A stretch of DNA of 64,000 nucleotides from a virus. Taxonomy: Duplodnaviria; Heunggongvirae; Uroviricota; Caudoviricetes. The stretch covers positions 1-64,000 of IMG/VR virus record IMGVR_UViG_3300029935_000001; one strand, given 5' to 3'. Shown piece after piece: positions 59,515 to 64,000 of this stretch (position 1 is its first letter; each line of letters starts with the position of its first letter). Under the pieces are notes generated by a model, which worked only from the letters and a program-made list of their open reading frames with translations, was not told where the DNA came from and ran no database searches. The translations under genes were made by a program, and so were the position numbers.

Positions 59515-61887
59515 TTACCAGCTCTTGCGCCGGTCTAGTTCAGATACTTTCTGAACTAACAGTGCCACTTGTTTTTCTAAGGTACCAATAGTTAATTGCT
59601 GCTCTTTAATTGCTTCGATTAACAAGCCTACCATGTTTCCATACGCAACACTTAGATGTTCGCCGTCTTTAACTGCTTCGGGCAATACCTTTTGAACGTC
59701 TTGGGCAACAACACCAGTCTGGCGTTCGCCAGTGTCAATTCGGGTATAGGTGTACCCGGTTAGCTGCTGAACTTTTGCTACCGCGTCGGAGATCTTTACT
59801 AAATCTTTCTTGAGGCGCGCATCCGAATACGCTGTTACGTCACCAGTTGCGGTGAAGTTACCGTTACTCATATTAAAGGAGAACGGAGTGGTCGGCGCTC
59901 CGGTGCCGTCATCGTTGGGCGAGGCAATAAAATGTATATTATTGTCAGTAGTTGCACCGATTGCTTTAGCAACTGACGAGCTCCCCCGAGGCCAAAATAA
60001 TGCCGCCGTCGATGGCATCTGAATGCTTTTACGCCAGTTTGCGGTTGTAAAGGCAGCAGCCGAATTTGTTGCAACAATAGCGCCGGTCATAGTGCCGCCG
60101 CTCAGTGGCAGATAATCATGAGTGTGCGTAGCGGCAGCAGCGCCGATTTCGGCCAGCGACCACGAAATGTTAGCTGAACCGTTAACTGTCTTACCGGTTG
60201 CTCCAATTGTAAGAGTTCTTGCTGTGCCCCAGTTAGCAGTAGTAATATCCGCCGAGCCGTTAAAACTGGTTCCGTTGATATTACGAGGAGTGGCTAAAGT
60301 TGCAGCAGTGGTAGAAACAACACCGGTTAGGTTTGCTCCGCTACCGTAAAATTCTGTTGCGTACACGCCAGCCCACCGCAGCGCCGACGACCCTAAGTTG
60401 CTTGTATTAGTAGCAGCTGGAGTGATAGTGCCAAGACCAGTGTAGGCTCCAGAAATGCGGCCGTCGGGCACAGTACCAGTAGTTAATTGCGATGCGTTGA
60501 GTGCAGTAAGCGAAGCACCAGACCCAGCAAAAGTACCAAAGGTAGCAGTGCCAGTTCCAGTTAGGTTCACTAAGCCAGTGTATGAGCCACTGACACGAGC
60601 ATCGGGTATTACGCCCGAAGTGATTTGCGAAGCCGAAATGTTTCCATGCAGCGTAGAAGCATACACGTTGGCCCAGACTAACGAAGTAGACCCAAGATCG
60701 CTGTTGTTAGTAACCGATGGCGTGATAGTGCCTAGCCCTGCGTAGTTGCCACCAAGTCGGCCGTTTGGCACTGTTCCGGTGGTCAAATTATTGGCATTTA
60801 GGTTAGTTAGCGAAGCACCAGACCCAGCAAAAGTACCAAAGGTAGCAGTGCCAGAGCCAGTTAAGTTTACCAAACCGGTATACGATCCGCTAATACGAGC
60901 ATCAGGTACAGTACCAGTGGTTAATTGCGATGCGTTGAGCGCAGTAAGGTTTGTGCCGACTCCACTGAACGACGCAGCGGTTACAGCGCCGCCAACTGAT
61001 AATGCACCCGCAATTCCTACGTTACCGTTGTTGGCAATAGTAAGTGCTTCGGCGGTCATTGGCGTTTTAAACGTAAATGTGCCTAAAGCGCCGTCATTTG
61101 CTATAGTAACTGCTCGCGGAGACGTGCCTGTAACTGTTACTTTGTATTCGGATCCACTGCCGGCGGTGAGTTGATTGCCAAGAACACCAAAATTGCCTGC
61201 CACGGTCTGTGCGACGGTGTCGTTTTTACGGACATACTGTGCAGCAGCATGGCCGCCGAGGCCGTCGGCATTGGTTGCAGTGCCTGCGAGCACACGCGAC
61301 GGGCTAGCAGAAGAAAGGTTAATACCAGGTTGAATAGTTCCAAAACCAGCGATTGCTGGGTTAGGAGTAAAAGTTGCGTCCTTGCTAATAATCCCAACAA
61401 TTTGATCTTGAACTAACAATTGCACCACAACATGAGTGCCGCCGGTATTGTCTGTGATAATTGTCGGAATAGATCCGGACTGTCCAGTAGCAGCAGTATT
61501 AAGTGGGCCGACCACAATAAACGCATTCGAGCCTGTATCCCAAACTTTTAATTGTTTGGCGTTCGAATCCCACCAAAAGTCACCGTTATTATTACCGGTT
61601 GGAGCAGTAGTGCCAGCGATTGCACCGCCAAGCGAGCGGAACTGCGTGCCGTTGAATACCTTTAGCACGTTAGCTGCTTTGTCGTACCACAGTTGACCCA
61701 CGATTGGGTTAACTGGTTGCGTTGCGTTAGCGTGACTCTCTAAGAGTCGGAACATGTTTTCGTTTAAAAACTCACCGTACCCGGGGTAGTTTTTACCAAC
61801 CAGCGCTAATGAAGTGTCTGTATTAACAGTGCCGTCTGCAACTACTGCAAATATCGAGCCGTCTGTTTTATTAATTGTATAAGCCAA
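59515..61887 (-). CDS. tail fibre protein with internal repeats and C-terminal S74 chaperone
   Basis: MAYTINKTDG N-terminus, repeated GSGASLT.LNA..LTTGTVP, SDARLK...G..AQDV. Confidence 0.85.
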   Translation of the reverse strand: MAYTINKTDGSIFAVVADGTVNTDTSLALVGKNYPGYGEFLNENMFRLLESHANATQPVNPIVGQLWYDKAANVLKVFNGTQFRSLGGAIAGTTAPTGNNNGDFWWDSNAKQLKVWDTGSNAFIVVGPLNTAATGQSGSIPTIITDNTGGTHVVVQLLVQDQIVGIISKDATFTPNPAIAGFGTIQPGINLSSASPSRVLAGTATNADGLGGHAAAQYVRKNDTVAQTVAGNFGVLGNQLTAGSGSEYKVTVTGTSPRAVTIANDGALGTFTFKTPMTAEALTIANNGNVGIAGALSVGGAVTAASFSGVGTNLTALNASQLTTGTVPDARISGSYTGLVNLTGSGTATFGTFAGSGASLTNLNANNLTTGTVPNGRLGGNYAGLGTITPSVTNNSDLGSTSLVWANVYASTLHGNISASQITSGVIPDARVSGSYTGLVNLTGTGTATFGTFAGSGASLTALNASQLTTGTVPDGRISGAYTGLGTITPAATNTSNLGSSALRWAGVYATEFYGSGANLTGVVSTTAATLATPRNINGTSFNGSADITTANWGTARTLTIGATGKTVNGSANISWSLAEIGAAAATHTHDYLPLSGGTMTGAIVATNSAAAFTTANWRKSIQMPSTAALFWPRGSSSVAKAIGATTDNNIHFIASPNDDGTGAPTTPFSFNMSNGNFTATGDVTAYSDARLKKDLVKISDAVAKVQQLTGYTYTRIDTGERQTGVVAQDVQKVLPEAVKDGEHLSVAYGNMVGLLIEAIKEQQLTIGTLEKQVALLVQKVSELDRRKSW

Positions 61888-61927
61888 GATCTTTCTCCGT
61901 GACGATTATATTGTCGATTATTACTAT

Positions 61928-62539
61928 TTATGCAGAACCACTGCTTGATATAGTTGTGAGCGCCTGAATACGAATGGTATAATCTATTTGTATCTGACGG
62001 TTCAATGATTTTTGCGTCGGGTGGAATACTACATGCGTAATTAATTTTAAATTATCCGCACTTCCGTTCCACACCTTTATACCAAGTTCGTCGAAAACAA
62101 ACGGGCCATTAGTGTCAACTGCGTTATCAAACGCTTGTTGCCCAGCAGGCTCGCCGTAGTCCAACAAGCACGATATCAATATATCTGTATACGGCTTGCC
62201 GGATGTATGCAAAACCGATAACTTATTTCTCGACGGATCTACGTTTGCAGCCGAGTTATTATCAACAACCTTAGCATAAGTTGGATTGTATAAGTTAGCA
62301 TTCTGGCCTATTACATTTGGGGGATTGTAAGCTATCAATCCCGTCGAATCGACGGTAGTACCGCCATTCCCAAACGCCATTGCATAAATTTTACCAACAG
62401 AATTATTTGCTATCGACTGAGCTAACGCTTCGGATAAATTTTCAAAATGAATAGCATTAGTTTTGTCAACAAAGACTTCGTTGGTAATCGGATCATATAT
62501 CTTTAAAAATCCAATTGCGGTTAAATTTCCAATTAGCAT
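61928..62539 (-). CDS. virion structural (baseplate-region) protein
   Basis: FDELG, THV.FHP.QKS.NR. Confidence 0.7.
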   Translation of the reverse strand: MLIGNLTAIGFLKIYDPITNEVFVDKTNAIHFENLSEALAQSIANNSVGKIYAMAFGNGGTTVDSTGLIAYNPPNVIGQNANLYNPTYAKVVDNNSAANVDPSRNKLSVLHTSGKPYTDILISCLLDYGEPAGQQAFDNAVDTNGPFVFDELGIKVWNGSADNLKLITHVVFHPTQKSLNRQIQIDYTIRIQALTTISSSGSA

Positions 62540-62688
62540 CAGTTAATCTCGCTGCTCAACATAAATTTCGCCCCTATTGGGGTCGTAAATCTTTATAAAA
62601 GCGTCAAAATGCAGCGCCGGTGTTTCGTCCGGCGTGCATTCAGGCACAGTTGCATTAGTAGTGTCGTCCATACTATATTTATAGTCAA

Positions 62689-64000
62689 TCAATCACGCAA
62701 ATTCTGAACAAACGTTGTATCCTGTAGAGTCAGCGGCAACGACGTGTTTAGATACAAGCTCCGGTCATACGGGTGAGCAACTTCGCTCATTTTACTTATA
62801 TCAATAACCTCAGCACCAACTTGATGCTGGTTTACTCCAGTTCCAGCAGTTCCTCTGCGCAATCCTATTAGTTGCCCAAGTGCATTGTTTTTGTCTTTAA
62901 ACGTAATGCGCTCAGCACCGATTGTTACAACCCCAAACCTATGCGGTTGAGAAGCAGGCGCAGCCAACCGATTGGCGTCTAACACCTGTACCGTAGCAGT
63001 ATCATTGTCAAGGGCTGCAGTTAAGGTAGTTTTGTTTTTCATAGTGTAAAACTTAACTGAATCATTCATGTCTTTAAAAATGCGATATTCTAGCCCGCTT
63101 GGCACTACGTTGTTAGTCAGTGCCGTCACTGACAATACATCTGTAGCTGATATAACCGGGCGCAACAATTCAATATAGTTGCCTACTACACGAAAATCTA
63201 CTTCTGGTCGCAGCGGCATGCCATTTAATGTTGCCCATAAGCGGTTAATGTCTGCGTCTGGACGCCCAAGGTAAAATACATTAACTAAGCGGGTTAAATC
63301 TTCGTACAAATCAAATCGGTCGGAGTCGAACTCAACCGAATCATACGGATGCTGATTCACATAACCTTCTTCGGCTGGCCCGACAAATGTTTTTGTAAGT
63401 GCGCTCAATTGCCGAGTATCGTTGAAATCTACAATAGTAATTAAATCTCCTGCAGTGATACCTGCTTGAGGTTTAAGCCACAACTGTGTCTGCGCTGTGA
63501 TTTTATAATCCGCAACTGTGTCAATTGCTATTACCACCCGGGCATCAGGTGCAGCAGCTAACGTTACTGTTTGCGCAGATAAGTCAACTACATAATCAAC
63601 TAACAATTGCTGTTCTACATCGTTTACAAATACACGAACGTCAGACTCAACTATGCTTCCAGCATACCCAGCAGACTCCGACGGAAACTCATACACCGTG
63701 CCAACAGGTGCTATGAATTCTACCTGGTGAGCTGGTGACAATCTGCGGCCGTTGACCTCTACAAACGCATTGATAGAGTTAGCCCACAGTAACGGACGGC
63801 TTAGTGTGTAGGTTTCGCTAGCGGTTGCGGTCAAAGTTTGCAATTGCGGCATAGAATAATCAAAGCCAGAACTTCCAAAAACTACAACCGACACTCCACT
63901 TGCTGCTGGGCCGTCGAATACCACAGTAGTAGAATACCTATCGTTTTCTTCTACTGACACCGGAGCAACATTGATCCCGTTTACTATGGTTAACACTGCG
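62689..64000 (-). CDS. large baseplate/structural protein, C-terminal part
   Basis: VxVNG repeats, ERI.....LRRGTAGT; runs off the window. Confidence 0.7.
   Translation of the reverse strand, partial: AVLTIVNGINVAPVSVEENDRYSTTVVFDGPAASGVSVVVFGSSGFDYSMPQLQTLTATASETYTLSRPLLWANSINAFVEVNGRRLSPAHQVEFIAPVGTVYEFPSESAGYAGSIVESDVRVFVNDVEQQLLVDYVVDLSAQTVTLAAAPDARVVIAIDTVADYKITAQTQLWLKPQAGITAGDLITIVDFNDTRQLSALTKTFVGPAEEGYVNQHPYDSVEFDSDRFDLYEDLTRLVNVFYLGRPDADINRLWATLNGMPLRPEVDFRVVGNYIELLRPVISATDVLSVTALTNNVVPSGLEYRIFKDMNDSVKFYTMKNKTTLTAALDNDTATVQVLDANRLAAPASQPHRFGVVTIGAERITFKDKNNALGQLIGLRRGTAGTGVNQHQVGAEVIDISKMSEVAHPYDRSLYLNTSLPLTLQDTTFVQNLRD

Noticed and set aside
60455-61174. ~300-bp-period direct repeats and plus-strand ORFs
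   Set aside because: Internal repeats of the minus-strand tail fibre; the plus ORFs are antisense shadows. No reverse transcriptase or adenine-specific variation suggesting a DGR.

Overview
This is a 64 kb segment of a large lytic (jumbo-type, myovirus-like) bacteriophage genome. Positions ~1-10 kb and ~18-21 kb hold a dense cluster of about 30 tRNA genes, interleaved with tRNA fragments, tRNA-like RNAs, structured ncRNAs and free-standing homing endonuclease genes (HEGs). A two-piece tmRNA lies at ~12.9-13.2 kb. The rest encodes TilS, rIIA/rIIB, a GH108 endolysin, an RNA ligase, NAD salvage enzymes (NadM-Nudix, split NadV), MoxR/vWA, DHFR/ThyA, a GT2 + beta-barrel module, sugar enzymes and, on the minus strand, tail fibre/baseplate genes. 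Two systems stand out. (1) A covarying RNA scaffold (AGG-N4-WTHCMGCA...N4'-CCTG) occurs 7 times. Six copies carry interchangeable payloads: bare anticodon stem-loops, a circularly permuted tRNA body, a whole tRNA, or pseudoknots. The seventh sits in the 5' UTR of a DUF2828-like (helical + vWA, Ro60-like architecture) gene, suggesting a phage Ro/Y-RNA-like ribonucleoprotein system. (2) HEG cassettes have landed inside tRNA genes and carry a complete replacement tRNA, leaving the old tRNA's halves as flanks. The same bring-your-own-replacement logic appears in thyA, nadV and the DUF2828 gene. All calls are from manual reading; no searches or folding programs were run.
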